From IMG/VR virus record IMGVR_UViG_2934734009_000001, positions 16,834 through 80,833 of that record: a DNA stretch of 64,000 bases; one strand, 5' to 3'. The notes beneath the pieces were generated by a model that saw nothing but the letters and a program-made list of their open reading frames with translations, did no database searches and was not told where the DNA came from. Numbering within the stretch: the first letter of the stretch is position 1; each line of letters starts with the position of its first letter. A program made the translations under genes and the position numbers. Shown here piece after piece: positions 7,801 through 16,493 of this stretch. The DNA is from a virus (lineage: Duplodnaviria; Caudoviricetes).

Positions 7801-10696
7801 GGATGTCGCCGATGCTCTTCCCAAGCTGCATCAGCGGCGGCACGAGCATCGGGATGATCGGCAGCAGTTGCTGCAGGACCTGCATGAACGCTGCCGCGTA
7901 CTGCCCAGCCAGCTCGGAGATGACGGCGGACAGGCCCTTGATGATGGGGCTGAGGACCGGGCCAAGCATCCCGGCGATCTGGGCGATGACCGGGGCCAAC
8001 TGGTTGAAGACGACGATCAGCGTGTCGAAGATCGGTATGACCAGTGGCAGGAGGTCGGCGATCAGCTGTCCGAGAACGGGGAGGAGCGGTGACACGGCCT
8101 TGACCAGGGCGATGATCGCCTGGGCGGCAACCACCAGCACCGGGCCAAGGGCCTCCGCGACCGGGAGAAGTGCCTCTCCCAGCGTTGCGAACAGGTCGGA
8201 GATGGCGGGGCCGAGGAGCTTTGCAACCTGAGTCACCGAGGGCGCCAAGGCGGCGAGGACCGGAAGGACTGCCTGGATGGCGTCGCCCAGCGCCCCAGCG
8301 AGCAGTCCGGCCACTGCCTGGACCGCGGAGAAGATCGCCTTCAGCGACGCCTGCACCTCGGGCAGGGCGGTGACCCGGCGGATCTCTGCCAGGGCGGATC
8401 CGATGATGGCGAAGAAGTCGCCACCCCCGTCGGCGGCGGCCCCGAAGACGTTCTTGATGATGCCGCCGAGGTCCGCCAGGACCCCACCAAAGGACACGGC
8501 TACGTCGAGGGCCGTATTGATGGCCTCTTCGAGGCGCCCGTTCTCCAGTCCCTTGGCAAGCTTGCCCATGACCCGGTCCATGGCCTCGCCGGCGCCGCTG
8601 GTGATGCGGTCCCAGGCTGGGCCGGCGGCGATGGTGAGTTGGGACAGGCCGGTGAGGACTTGACCGGGGATGCGGTTGAGGTTCCCGAGGCCGTTGCGGA
8701 TGACGTCGAACGTGCCCTTGAGCTGCCCGGTCTTTTCGAGGCTATCGACGGCGGTTAGGGCGTTCTTCGCCATGTTGCCGAGTTCGCCTGCGGCTCCGAC
8801 GACCCCGGCCCGGACGGTGGGTAGGATGCGCCCGCCGACGGCCTGGAGACGGGTGCCGAGCCCGGCGAACAAGGCGTCCTGCACGTCGAGCTTCATAGCC
8901 CGCCACGCGGGCGCCATGGCCTGGAGGATGCTGACGAAGCTGCGGGCGTTCGGGCTGAGTTTGGAGATGGCGTCGTCGAGCTTCGTGGTTTGGATAGCGG
9001 CGGTCTGCTGGGCGTCCGCGACCGCTCGTGCGGCGTCGGCAACGGCACGGTGGGCGTCGGCGAGGCCACGCTCTTGTTCGGCAACCTGCTGGTTCGCCGT
9101 CCGGATCCGCTCCTGCGCCTGCACGACCGCGTCGGAACCAGCAACCCCAGCCTTGTTCGCTGCGGCGGTATCGACCTGGAGGCGCTTTTGTTGCCGCTTC
9201 TGCTCCTCGGCGGCGGCCCGTGCCCGCTCAAGTGCAAGGTCGGCCTGCTGAATCTGAAGCTGGGTGGCGGTCGGGTCGGAGCGCGTCTTAGCGAGGTCGA
9301 GTTCGGCCTGCTCGATGTCGAGCGCAGCCTGCTTCTGGTCGAGTGCGCCTTGGCGGAGGCGCTGGTTCATGTCCTCCAGGTCGCGGATGGCCTGCCGGCG
9401 GGCGGCGGACAGTTCCTGTTGGGCTTGCCGTGCGGTGCGCTGGGCTTGGGACAGGTTGCGTTCGGCGTCGGCGACGCCCCGCTGGGCGTTGGCGAGGGAG
9501 CGCTGCGCGGATTCGACCTGCCGGGCGGCGGTCACCGCCGCCTTCGCTTCGGCTGGCGCCGGGTTGAGCGCGGCCTTGATGGCGTCACCAACCCCGGAGG
9601 TGCCGAGCTTGATCGCGCCGAACGCGGTGGCCAGGGTCAGCACGCCGGGGGCGGCAACTGCAGCCAGAGGCCCAAGCTGAGCGACAGCTGAGCCGAGGGA
9701 GGCAACCTGAGGCAGGGCAAGAACTGCCGCGGCGGCCAGTGACCCGATGCCACCGGAGAGCCGGCCGAGGCCACCGCCGCTGCCGCTCGCGGACCCCAGT
9801 GACGCAAGAGAGCCAGTGAGCGCGGACAGTCCGACGGTGCGGACGCGGACGTTCGTGACTCGGTCACGGGTAAGTGTGGTGAGTGCGGTGGCGGCGCCAG
9901 CGGTGTCGGCGCGGGCGGTGATGCGGGCTGTGCGGCGGCGGGTGAGGTTGGCGATGTCGTCGGCGGCAACCCGGGTATCGACGTCAACGCCAAGGCGAAC
10001 GCGCTGCCTCTGGGTGAGGCCCCGGAGTTCGTTGGCCGCAACCCTGGTGTCGAGGGTGGCGCGGAGCTGGACAAAGCGGTCTGCTGTGAGCTTGTCGAGG
10101 GCCCGCTCGACTCGCTTGTACGCCGCATCCTGGATCTTCGCAACGATGTCGACGGTGCTTTGCCCGAACCCGGCGAGCTTAGATTTGGCTGCGGTGTCGT
10201 CGACTTGGGCGACGATCCGGACGGTGCGTTCGTCGTTGAGGCGGGCGAGTGCTGTCTTGGCGGCCCGGTCCTCAAGCTGGGCGGTGATCTTTACGGTGCG
10301 CTGGTCGGTGAGCTTGCCGAGCGCGGTGCGGGCCGCGGTGTCGTCGAGTTCGGCCCGGACCTTCACGGTGCGGTCGCGGGTGAGTCGAGTCAGGGTGGTG
10401 GTTGCGGCCTTGTCGTCCAACTCGGCCGTCACCTTGATCGTGCGGGCCTTGGTGAGCTTGGTGAGCTTGGCCTCGGCCACCGTCGTCAGTAGGTCGACAC
10501 CGACCCGCACGGTGGGCGTGGCTGCAGCCAACTTTCGCCGGATCCCGTCCAGGATCTGGTCTCCGGCGACTTCGCCGGCGAGTTTGGCGGGCTGGCGGAT
10601 GGCGGAGGGCAGCTCGATGCGGAGCTTGTCGCCGAAGGACGACGTGTCCGGGATGAGTGATACCCGGGTGGATCCGACGAGTGTCGGCTCGGCCAT
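4835..10696 (-). CDS. Tape measure protein with M23 peptidase and lytic transglycosylase domains
   Basis: About 1950 aa, Ala/Leu-rich, start MAEPTLVG after a GGAGGG RBS. M23 motifs HTGLDF, YAHMS, HLHLE; SLT motifs ESGGNPKAVN, SVGLMQVI. Confidence 0.93.
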   Translation of the reverse strand: MAEPTLVGSTRVSLIPDTSSFGDKLRIELPSAIRQPAKLAGEVAGDQILDGIRRKLAAATPTVRVGVDLLTTVAEAKLTKLTKARTIKVTAELDDKAATTTLTRLTRDRTVKVRAELDDTAARTALGKLTDQRTVKITAQLEDRAAKTALARLNDERTVRIVAQVDDTAAKSKLAGFGQSTVDIVAKIQDAAYKRVERALDKLTADRFVQLRATLDTRVAANELRGLTQRQRVRLGVDVDTRVAADDIANLTRRRTARITARADTAGAATALTTLTRDRVTNVRVRTVGLSALTGSLASLGSASGSGGGLGRLSGGIGSLAAAAVLALPQVASLGSAVAQLGPLAAVAAPGVLTLATAFGAIKLGTSGVGDAIKAALNPAPAEAKAAVTAARQVESAQRSLANAQRGVADAERNLSQAQRTARQAQQELSAARRQAIRDLEDMNQRLRQGALDQKQAALDIEQAELDLAKTRSDPTATQLQIQQADLALERARAAAEEQKRQQKRLQVDTAAANKAGVAGSDAVVQAQERIRTANQQVAEQERGLADAHRAVADAARAVADAQQTAAIQTTKLDDAISKLSPNARSFVSILQAMAPAWRAMKLDVQDALFAGLGTRLQAVGGRILPTVRAGVVGAAGELGNMAKNALTAVDSLEKTGQLKGTFDVIRNGLGNLNRIPGQVLTGLSQLTIAAGPAWDRITSGAGEAMDRVMGKLAKGLENGRLEEAINTALDVAVSFGGVLADLGGIIKNVFGAAADGGGDFFAIIGSALAEIRRVTALPEVQASLKAIFSAVQAVAGLLAGALGDAIQAVLPVLAALAPSVTQVAKLLGPAISDLFATLGEALLPVAEALGPVLVVAAQAIIALVKAVSPLLPVLGQLIADLLPLVIPIFDTLIVVFNQLAPVIAQIAGMLGPVLSPIIKGLSAVISELAGQYAAAFMQVLQQLLPIIPMLVPPLMQLGKSIGDILLALAPLLPQLALLGTEFLIQLLPAIMPLLPPLIQFSMLMTQLATAIILRVVIPAMKMFIKSMTDLRKDIQPGVDAVKWLTNAIAKAFSWLYDFLLGHSVIPDIVNGAIRWFTNLRDGAVRIFNWIRDKVSDAWSGLWTDIKTTATDAWGSVRRGFDNFAEKLSGAFETLKKGLGKIWAGLKDLVKAPIKFWIDVVYNKGIVAVWNKTAAKIPGVPDLKPMGMPKGFARGGILPGQSSWRQGDDQLVPMRRGEGVYVSEAMQDPYERARLHAVNQAAMQGRSLRQFRGFAEGGIFDGITNAVGSVLSKGADVARGGLADLAESAFSPVKKGITKALGKDKGTWPGMIGQAPIGLINKAIDYIRGKDIVEGAGQWLKPVSAPYGTPFGKAGLMWSSGRHTGLDFPAKTGAPIRAVDSGIVRQAVDSGPYGKHIEINHGSGLSSLYAHMSAMLARASDTVKRGQQIGRVGATGNTTGPHLHLEARISGKTVDPMRYLEGGTGGEAGAGVERFRGVVTQALGQVGQSLSLVNTTLRRMNQESGGNPKAVNRNDINWINGTPSVGLMQVIEPTFNAYAGKYRKTGPKLYGVSIDPMANIYASMRYALSRYGSLSSAYNRIGGYAQGGIVGGGVQISTGFRRSGGYATGGVIRVGGKSIDTGPIAASVGANFLKALAGTASAIDKAMTQVATAVKNAFKGVKTTLDDKLVRQLTTQNKALQTLAKQRDTIAAKIAQAKAFATETTASASGFASLTGLPNSGLPFGADGILNGLQVRLGQLQAFSKNLEILGKRGLSKDLIGQIIQAGPDQGAPYAAALVNATDAQLKSINATQVQIGKAATAYGQSAADVMYDAGAMAGKGFLTGLVAQESAIVKAMADLAKKIQKTIKVELKIKSPSQVLASLGRFTGLGFVRGVRDTIPQAAAAAASMARTVRSTAAAGLARTETRTVNNTTGDRHLHYNATTREVASRRSILDAMAQEDMLHRPVMSGAY

Positions 10697-10710
10697 GCTG
10701 CCCTCCCCTC

Positions 10711-11208
10711 CTACGGTGCTGCTTCGAGTTCGCGGAGCTTGCTGGCCCAGTGGTCGATCTCCGCTTGGCGGCCCTGGGTGGTGCCGGGCGAGAACTGGTT
10801 GAGCACTGCCTCGCTGTAGGCCACCCCGGCGGCGTCTAGTTCGGCTTGCCGCTCGTCGACTTCCGTGGCCGGAGATTCGACGGGCGGCATGTCCGGCGGG
10901 TCGCCCTTGAGGTGGGCGGCCCACAGGACGCGGATCATGAGGAGAAGGGCGTTGTACTGGGCTGCTTGCAGGTAGGTGTTCTGCGTCCAGCGCCTTCCGT
11001 CCACGTCTCCAGCGGTGGCCGCCTTGGTCGCAGAGTCCTCCGGCAAGTGCTCGACTAGGTCCCGGAGCTCGGCCCAGTTCATGGACCCTTCACCCCAGGA
11101 CATGGCCCAGAACTCGTCTAGGCGGCGGCCTGGGTAGTAGCGCTGGAGGTCGGCGCGGACGGCTCCTGGATGCTCTTCGAGGAGCTGGAGGAGCCGGAGC
11201 CTTCCCCC
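10711..11208 (-). CDS. Tail assembly chaperone, -1 frameshift extension (gpGT-like C-terminus)
   Basis: Slippery GGGGGAA at 11202-11208 (minus strand). The -1 frame reads GRLRLLQLLEEHPGAVRADLQRYYPGRRLDEFWAMSWGEG... and continues into ORF 10711..11103. Confidence 0.8.
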   Translation of the reverse strand, partial: GGRLRLLQLLEEHPGAVRADLQRYYPGRRLDEFWAMSWGEGSMNWAELRDLVEHLPEDSATKAATAGDVDGRRWTQNTYLQAAQYNALLLMIRVLWAAHLKGDPPDMPPVESPATEVDERQAELDAAGVAYSEAVLNQFSPGTTQGRQAEIDHWASKLRELEAAP

Positions 11209-11546
11209 GTGTCGGTGCCCGCCTCCCCGTTGATCTCCTTGAGGAGTTCGGTGAGTTCACCCACGGTGAGCTGGGCGACCTCGACGAGCTGGTCGAACGC
11301 CTCGGGCGGGGAGGCGATCTTGCGGAGGATGCTGAGGTTGTTGCTGTCGCCGTCCGCTTCGACGGCCTTGACGACGGCGAGGGGCCAGTAGTCCTGGGTG
11401 AGGAACGAGCAGCGGCGCTCCTCGACCTCGTACTCGGTGTCACCGGGCACCTCGAAGACGAGGTCGACGTGCTTGACCCCGGCCTTCTGGGCGATCTGGG
11501 CGCGCATCTCCTGGAGCTTGATGACCTTGCGGTTCGGCTTGGACAT
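11118..11546 (-). CDS. Tail assembly chaperone (gpG-like)
   Basis: Between major tail and tape measure genes; contains the slippery site. Confidence 0.85.
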   Translation of the reverse strand: MSKPNRKVIKLQEMRAQIAQKAGVKHVDLVFEVPGDTEYEVEERRCSFLTQDYWPLAVVKAVEADGDSNNLSILRKIASPPEAFDQLVEVAQLTVGELTELLKEINGEAGTDTGEGSGSSSSSKSIQEPSAPTSSATTQAAA

Positions 11547-11591
11547 GGTCCGGGTTCCTTACTCAGGCGGGGGCAGGCGGGGGCTTTGCAG

Positions 11592-11638
11592 GTGATCCGT
11601 CGTGCCGCCCCCGCCAGGGATTGGGCGCGACGGATCAC
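11592..11638 (-). terminator. Long stem-loop after major tail gene
   Basis: GTGATCCGTCGTGCC...GGGCGCGACGGATCAC inverted repeat in the intergenic gap. Confidence 0.5.
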
Positions 11639-11648
11639 CAGTCAGGGG

Positions 11649-12239
11649 TTAGTCCTCCGGAAGCGCCACGTCGGTGATCATGTGCTGGACGGACTGGGCG
11701 CCGCCCGGTGCGCTGAGCGCGGTGAAGGTGAGCTCGTAGTTCGAGCTGTCGTCCGCGCTGTGCTTGCGGGCGCCGCGGTCGGACACGCCGCAGCGGGCGA
11801 TCATGATGCGGTGCCGCTTCCCGCCGTAGATGACGTCCAGGCCCAGGCCGATCTCCACCGTGTCCTGAGTGGAGCCCGACCCGAAGGAGAGGAACTGCTT
11901 GGTCGCCGGCGGGCCGACAGCCGCTGCGGTGCTGGTCATGTTCGCCAACTGCACCTGGTAGTACAGGGACAGCAGCTGGGCGGTGGTCTCGCGGAAAGTG
12001 AGCTTGAACGTCTGGGTGCGCTTCTTCGCGAGGTCGACAACGGGTGCGTCTTCACCCCAGGCGTCGAGCTGGGTGCGCTCCTCTGCCATGGCCTCCTCAA
12101 GGCCGTCGGGGGTGATGAACCCCATGTCGGTGAATCCGGCGGGCCAGGCGATCTCCGGGCCGGCGGGGAAGGTGGTGCCGACGGGGGCGGCGTAGGCCTT
12201 GCCCGCTGTGCCGACGATGATGTTTGCCGAGTCGCCCAC
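11649..12239 (-). CDS. Major tail (tube) protein
   Basis: NIIVGTAGKAYAAPVGT...FTDMGFITPDGL...AWGE, typical of actinophage tail tube proteins; synteny fits. Confidence 0.88.
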   Translation of the reverse strand: MGDSANIIVGTAGKAYAAPVGTTFPAGPEIAWPAGFTDMGFITPDGLEEAMAEERTQLDAWGEDAPVVDLAKKRTQTFKLTFRETTAQLLSLYYQVQLANMTSTAAAVGPPATKQFLSFGSGSTQDTVEIGLGLDVIYGGKRHRIMIARCGVSDRGARKHSADDSSNYELTFTALSAPGGAQSVQHMITDVALPED

Positions 12240-12249
12240 GACGGGCCTC

Positions 12250-12678
12250 CTAGCTGTTCGGGAGGGGTGGGCGGACGCTCATCCCCAGGATCATGCCGAC
12301 ACGGGCTACGCCGGTGTTGGGCTCTTCTGGTCGGTCTTGCGGGCCGGTCTCCTGCGAGATGGCGCTGACGATGCCGTCCTCCGTCGACCGGCCGGGGAAC
12401 AGCTCCCACTCGGCACACACCCGAAGGGCGAGGCGCATGGCTGATCCTTCGTTGGCGGCGTAGCAGTCGATCGAGAACCGGGGTCGGTCGGTTGTGGCGG
12501 GGTCGGACCAGCCGCGCATGGTGCTGGTGCCGCCGACCCTCAGGACCCTGACCGCCGGAAGCTTGGCGGCGAGCGCCTTGCCCTCGGGGAGCTTCGACGC
12601 CACGTAGGCGTCGGGCATGGCGAGGTCGAGAAGGTCGATGGCGACCTTCTTGCCGTCGGGGAGGACCAGCGCGGCCAT
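12250..12678 (-). CDS. Tail terminator/completion protein
   Basis: VRVLRVGG...DRPRFSIDCYA motif; directly upstream of the major tail gene. Confidence 0.75.
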   Translation of the reverse strand: MAALVLPDGKKVAIDLLDLAMPDAYVASKLPEGKALAAKLPAVRVLRVGGTSTMRGWSDPATTDRPRFSIDCYAANEGSAMRLALRVCAEWELFPGRSTEDGIVSAISQETGPQDRPEEPNTGVARVGMILGMSVRPPLPNS

Positions 12679-12680
12679 GG

Positions 12681-12893
12681 CTACTTGCCTGCGGCCTTCT
12701 GCGGCTGGCTGCCGGTCGTCGGGTTCTTCTCCCCGGCGGTCTTGGCGGCTTCGTCGGCCTTCTTGTCGTCGACGACTTCGGCGAAGCCCTTCCAGCGGTG
12801 GACCTCGTCGGCGGGGACGTCAACGGTGTCGCCGGGCTGCTTGTCGCCACGCCAGAACGTCAGGCGCATCTTCACAGTGCTGCGGTCAGACAT
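12681..12893 (-). CDS. Small virion-region protein
   Basis: MSDRSTVKMRLTFWRGDKQPGDTVDVP...; overlaps the upstream gene end and has an RBS. Confidence 0.65.
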   Translation of the reverse strand: MSDRSTVKMRLTFWRGDKQPGDTVDVPADEVHRWKGFAEVVDDKKADEAAKTAGEKNPTTGSQPQKAAGK

Positions 12894-13221
12894 GGTGGTC
12901 GCCTCCTGCGGCGTCGAGAGCGTTGCCCAGCACATGCTGAGGCAGATGGATGCGGCGGCCGTTCCGGTCGGTCTGCCGGGTGCCGAGCTCCACGTAGATT
13001 GCGTAGTGGACTGGGGCGTCTACGTGGACCGACCCCGACTCCGGGTCCGGGCGTTCGACGCGGTGGATGGTGTCCCGGTACAGGCCCGTGTCGACCGGAG
13101 CGGCCAGTTTCGCCACCCCGACGACGGCGTCCGCGCGGGCCGCCATGTCGGCCTGCACCGCCGGATCGTGGACCAGCCCAGCGATGGCGTCCTCATCGAG
13201 ATCGATACGGAAGTCGTTCAT
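12886..13221 (-). CDS. HK97 gp10-like head-tail joining protein
   Basis: APVDTGLYRDTI...YAIYVELGT motif; start overlaps the upstream stop. Confidence 0.85.
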   Translation of the reverse strand: MNDFRIDLDEDAIAGLVHDPAVQADMAARADAVVGVAKLAAPVDTGLYRDTIHRVERPDPESGSVHVDAPVHYAIYVELGTRQTDRNGRRIHLPQHVLGNALDAAGGDHHV

Positions 13222-13556
13222 CCCGCCACCTCCAAAAGCCGCACCGTCTGCCCCGACAGCGGACCGGCCTCCTGAACATCGAGCGGAACCCCGTCGACCT
13301 CCCAGGTACGCCCGTCCCACTCGACGCGCTGCCACTCCGACACCTTCGGGGCACGGCGAGGCATGAACAGCTGGGCGACAGTGGCCGTCTGGTCCTTCGC
13401 TTCCTTCGACTCCGAGGAAGACGAGTAGTCGACGGTGCACCCGTACACCGGAGTCCGGGTGGCATGCGCCCAGTCCCGCACCTGCGTGTTGTAGTCCCCG
13501 CCGACCAGCGGCGCGTCGACGAGCACGACGGTTTGGCGTCCGATATGGCCCGGCAT
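13218..13556 (-). CDS. Head-closure (head-to-tail stopper) protein
   Basis: MPGHIGRQTVVLV...RVEWDGRTWEVDG; synteny. Confidence 0.75.
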   Translation of the reverse strand: MPGHIGRQTVVLVDAPLVGGDYNTQVRDWAHATRTPVYGCTVDYSSSSESKEAKDQTATVAQLFMPRRAPKVSEWQRVEWDGRTWEVDGVPLDVQEAGPLSGQTVRLLEVAG

Positions 13557-13927
13557 CAGCCCACCACCAGCGGATCGAACCGGAACAGACCGCAGGTGCG
13601 CAGCAGGTCCGCCACGGCTGCGGCGAGCTTCTGCGACTGCTCCCCGTCCCTCAACGGGCGCTTCGAGAACGACCTGATCCCCGTCGACATCGACTGCAGG
13701 TCCGACTGGGCCTCGGTTTCGTCGCCGCGCTCCAGCATCCAGTGCACCTGCTGGACCGTCGCCTGCCGCAGCACCTCCACGACTTCGGCGTCGTCGCGGT
13801 CGTACCACGCCCCAAGCAGGGCGCGGTCAATACGCTGCGACGCCAACGCCAACAGGCGCACAGCGCTCGGCGGGGCCGGCTCGGGGGCCAGCCACGCCGC
13901 GAGGTCGGGGACGGTTGCGTAGGGCAC
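13556..13927 (-). CDS. Head-to-tail adaptor
   Basis: YATVPDLAAWL...RLLALASQRID...ATVQQV pattern; synteny. Confidence 0.75.
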   Translation of the reverse strand: MPYATVPDLAAWLAPEPAPPSAVRLLALASQRIDRALLGAWYDRDDAEVVEVLRQATVQQVHWMLERGDETEAQSDLQSMSTGIRSFSKRPLRDGEQSQKLAAAVADLLRTCGLFRFDPLVVG

Positions 13928-13930
13928 CGG

Positions 13931-14251
13931 CTACTCCTGGCCCTCTTCGGCGTCCTCGATGACCTGGACGTACTCCTGGCAGTCCTTCTTCGTGGCCGCC
14001 GCCGCGTCATCCTCAGGCATGCCGAGGCTGGCCGCGTAGAACCGCCAGTCGTCGACCTTCGCGGTCGCCGACGGCTTCGCTACTGCGGCGTCCAGGCCGG
14101 AAGGCTCCGGCACCTCGGCAACCTCCGAATCCGAAGCATCGCCGACGCGAGACAGCTGCCCGCTCGAAAGCTGCTTCGCCATTTCCGAGTTGAGCGGCTC
14201 ATCGAGCAGCACGACCAGTCCGCCCGGACCTCGGTACTCGCCCGCCGCCAT
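13931..14251 (-). CDS. Hypothetical head-region protein
   Basis: ATG overlaps the upstream stop; C-terminal KPSATAKVDDWRFYAASLG...ATKKD motif. Confidence 0.65.
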   Translation of the reverse strand: MAAGEYRGPGGLVVLLDEPLNSEMAKQLSSGQLSRVGDASDSEVAEVPEPSGLDAAVAKPSATAKVDDWRFYAASLGMPEDDAAAATKKDCQEYVQVIEDAEEGQE

Positions 14252-14628
14252 CAGAGCGCCCGCGGGAGCTTGAAGACGGTGATCGCACCGGTGTGGCCGG
14301 ACGCGAAGTCGACGTGCAGCTTGGATCCCTGCTGCTGGAACCGGGCCGATGTGAACGGGCCCAGCCACTCCACACCGGAGGTGAGGGCCACAGACTGCAC
14401 CAGGTCCCCCTGGCCAGCCATCCACGCGGCCGTACCGGAACCGGCCTTGACAGTGACGTTCTTCGCCGAGCCGGCAGTGTTCGTGACCCGGATCAGCGTG
14501 TGCTCCGGGTCGACGTTGTTGATGACGACCCCGTTCGTGACGAGCGTGGAGTCGATCGTGGTCCCCGCCGGGTCGGTGAGGTGGTTGTTCGGAACGAGGG
14601 GCGTGTACGAGACTGCGGTGCGAGGCAT
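14251..14628 (-). CDS. Putative capsid decoration/accessory protein
   Basis: 125 aa beta-rich protein directly after the major capsid gene; function inferred from position. Confidence 0.55.
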   Translation of the reverse strand: MPRTAVSYTPLVPNNHLTDPAGTTIDSTLVTNGVVINNVDPEHTLIRVTNTAGSAKNVTVKAGSGTAAWMAGQGDLVQSVALTSGVEWLGPFTSARFQQQGSKLHVDFASGHTGAITVFKLPRAL

Positions 14629-14679
14629 GGGTGGGCTCCCGGGTCTGGGTCAGAGTGGCTGCGAAGGTGCGCGGGCGAG

Positions 14680-15537
14680 TTACGCCGGGTCGATGAAGGC
14701 CACAGCGATGCCGGTCGGGCGCACGAGCTTCGCGCCGTACACGTGGAGGCCACGGACCGCGTCCGCGAACGTGTTCGGGAGCCGGAGCGCCTCGGTCTCC
14801 AGGATCTGGTCGGCGTAGGTGATCGCGCCCGGGTAGCCGGCCTGGATGACCTGGACGTCGCCGGTGGGGTTGGGGGCGTTGTTCGACATGAGGATGTCGA
14901 AGCCGGCGGCGCGGCCGATGATGCCGTTGCGGAGACCCTCGCTGGTGCCGGAGGCGTCGACCTTCACGAAGCGGTCGTCCTGGAGGAGGCTTCCCTCCAG
15001 CTCCGGGGTGATGACGACGTAGCGACCCTCGGTGGGAACGCTGGCCCGATTGAGCCTGACGCGCAGCGGGATGAGCACCTTGTTGTAGGCGTCCGTCGGC
15101 GCGGTGAACGTGTTGACCGGGGCGCCCGTCGAGCCGACCGCGTTGGCGGCGGCGACCCCGGTGTAGAGGCTGGCCACGTAGGCGTCGGCGGCGTCGCGCA
15201 TCTTGTACGCCGAGTTCGTCGCCATCTTCGTCATCGGGTTGACGCGGGCCTGCGCCTTGTCGACGTCGTCGAGCTTGAACGCGAAGAACTTCTTCCGGTC
15301 GATGATCAGGTCGACGCCCGCGGTCTCGATCTCTTCGTAGTTGAGGTCGATGTTGGGGTCGTAGTCGCTGACCGTCGGGTCACCGATGGTCGTGATGTGG
15401 ACGGACTGGCCGAAGTTCTGGATCTCGCCTTCGTAGTCGCTGTTGACGAGCTGCGGCTGGGCGTAGACGAGGCTGTTGCGGAGGGCGTCGAGGAGCAGTG
15501 CGCTCCAGATCTCCGGCTTGAAGTTGGCGACGGACAA
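14680..15537 (-). CDS. Major capsid protein (P22 coat-like family)
   Basis: FKPEIWSA...NSDYEGEI...FKLDDVDKAQ...ADAVRGLHVYGAKLVRP. Confidence 0.92.
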   Translation of the reverse strand: MSVANFKPEIWSALLLDALRNSLVYAQPQLVNSDYEGEIQNFGQSVHITTIGDPTVSDYDPNIDLNYEEIETAGVDLIIDRKKFFAFKLDDVDKAQARVNPMTKMATNSAYKMRDAADAYVASLYTGVAAANAVGSTGAPVNTFTAPTDAYNKVLIPLRVRLNRASVPTEGRYVVITPELEGSLLQDDRFVKVDASGTSEGLRNGIIGRAAGFDILMSNNAPNPTGDVQVIQAGYPGAITYADQILETEALRLPNTFADAVRGLHVYGAKLVRPTGIAVAFIDPA

Positions 15538-15552
15538 GGGAGGCTCCTAGGG

Positions 15553-16347
15553 TCAGCCTCCGCCACCCAGGTAGGCGGCGAAGCGCCCTTCCTTGACGGC
15601 TTTGGCGATCTGTTCGGGTGTCATGCGCTTGCGGTCCTCCGCGCCCAGCTGCCGCTTACCTCCGCCGGCCCCGTCCATCGGTGCGCCACCTGCGGGGGCG
15701 GGCGCCGGCTCCTTCGGCTGCGGCGCCTTGGCCGCGAGCTTGGAGTTGGTGTCGACTGCCGTCTTCACCGCCTTGCCGACCTGTTCGTCGAAGTCGGCCG
15801 CTGTCGGGTCGAGCTTCGAGATGGCGTTGGCGAAGGAACGTGAGTCGAGCAGTGCGTCGGGGTCGCCGCCGTACTTCCCAGCCGTCTTGTAGACGGCGAG
15901 TTCCACCTGCGTCTGGCGGGCCTGCGCGCGGGACTCCTTGGTCTCTCCGCGGGCCTCGTCCAGCTGCTGAGCGAGCTCTTCGGGGGTGGGCGGCTTGGCC
16001 TCGTCGGTCTCCAGGCCGAACGCTGCGGCGACCTTCTTCATGAAGGCCGTCTGCTCGTCGGCTGCTCTCTGCTTGTCCTCGGCGCGCTTCTGCTTCTGCT
16101 CGTCGACCTCCGTGCGGAGGCTTTCGATCGCTCGCATGGCGCGCTCGGGGTCGAAGTCGCCGTCGAACTTGGGCGCCTTGGCCTTGGGTTCGTTGGGCTT
16201 CGGTTCAGAGACCGGCTCGGTGGGCGTAGTGGGTGCGGCCGGCTCTGGCGGAGTCGGTGCGGCCGGGGGCGCGGGCGGGGTGGCCGGCTGGGTGCCGGGG
16301 TCCGGTGTCGTTCCCTCGGGTGCTGCGGGCTGGGCGGGGGTGCTCAT
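15553..16347 (-). CDS. Capsid scaffolding protein
   Basis: Pro-rich N-terminus, coiled coil, DPDALLDSRSF motif; directly upstream of the capsid gene. Confidence 0.85.
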   Translation of the reverse strand: MSTPAQPAAPEGTTPDPGTQPATPPAPPAAPTPPEPAAPTTPTEPVSEPKPNEPKAKAPKFDGDFDPERAMRAIESLRTEVDEQKQKRAEDKQRAADEQTAFMKKVAAAFGLETDEAKPPTPEELAQQLDEARGETKESRAQARQTQVELAVYKTAGKYGGDPDALLDSRSFANAISKLDPTAADFDEQVGKAVKTAVDTNSKLAAKAPQPKEPAPAPAGGAPMDGAGGGKRQLGAEDRKRMTPEQIAKAVKEGRFAAYLGGGG

Positions 16348-16493
16348 CTCGGTGCCTCCTTGGGCGGCCTACACGCTGGTGCGACACCTTGTTCGCTGGC
16401 GTGTTAGCCCAGATGTTAACCCTGAACCCACCACAATGCTGCACAATCAAAGGTCATAGCGCAAGATGTCCTTAGAATCCAAGGATCAAGGGG
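16348..16493. promoter_or_regulatory. Divergent late promoter region
   Basis: Relatively AT-rich gap between oppositely oriented virion operons; CACAAT twice 10 bp apart (16432, 16442) and TAGAAT at 16473. Confidence 0.55.

Noticed and set aside
9800-10500. Periodic repeats in the tape-measure 5' region (RTVK...LDD.AA..L..LT)
   Set aside because: Protein-level repeats within a CDS; no identical DNA repeats with unique spacers, so not a CRISPR array.
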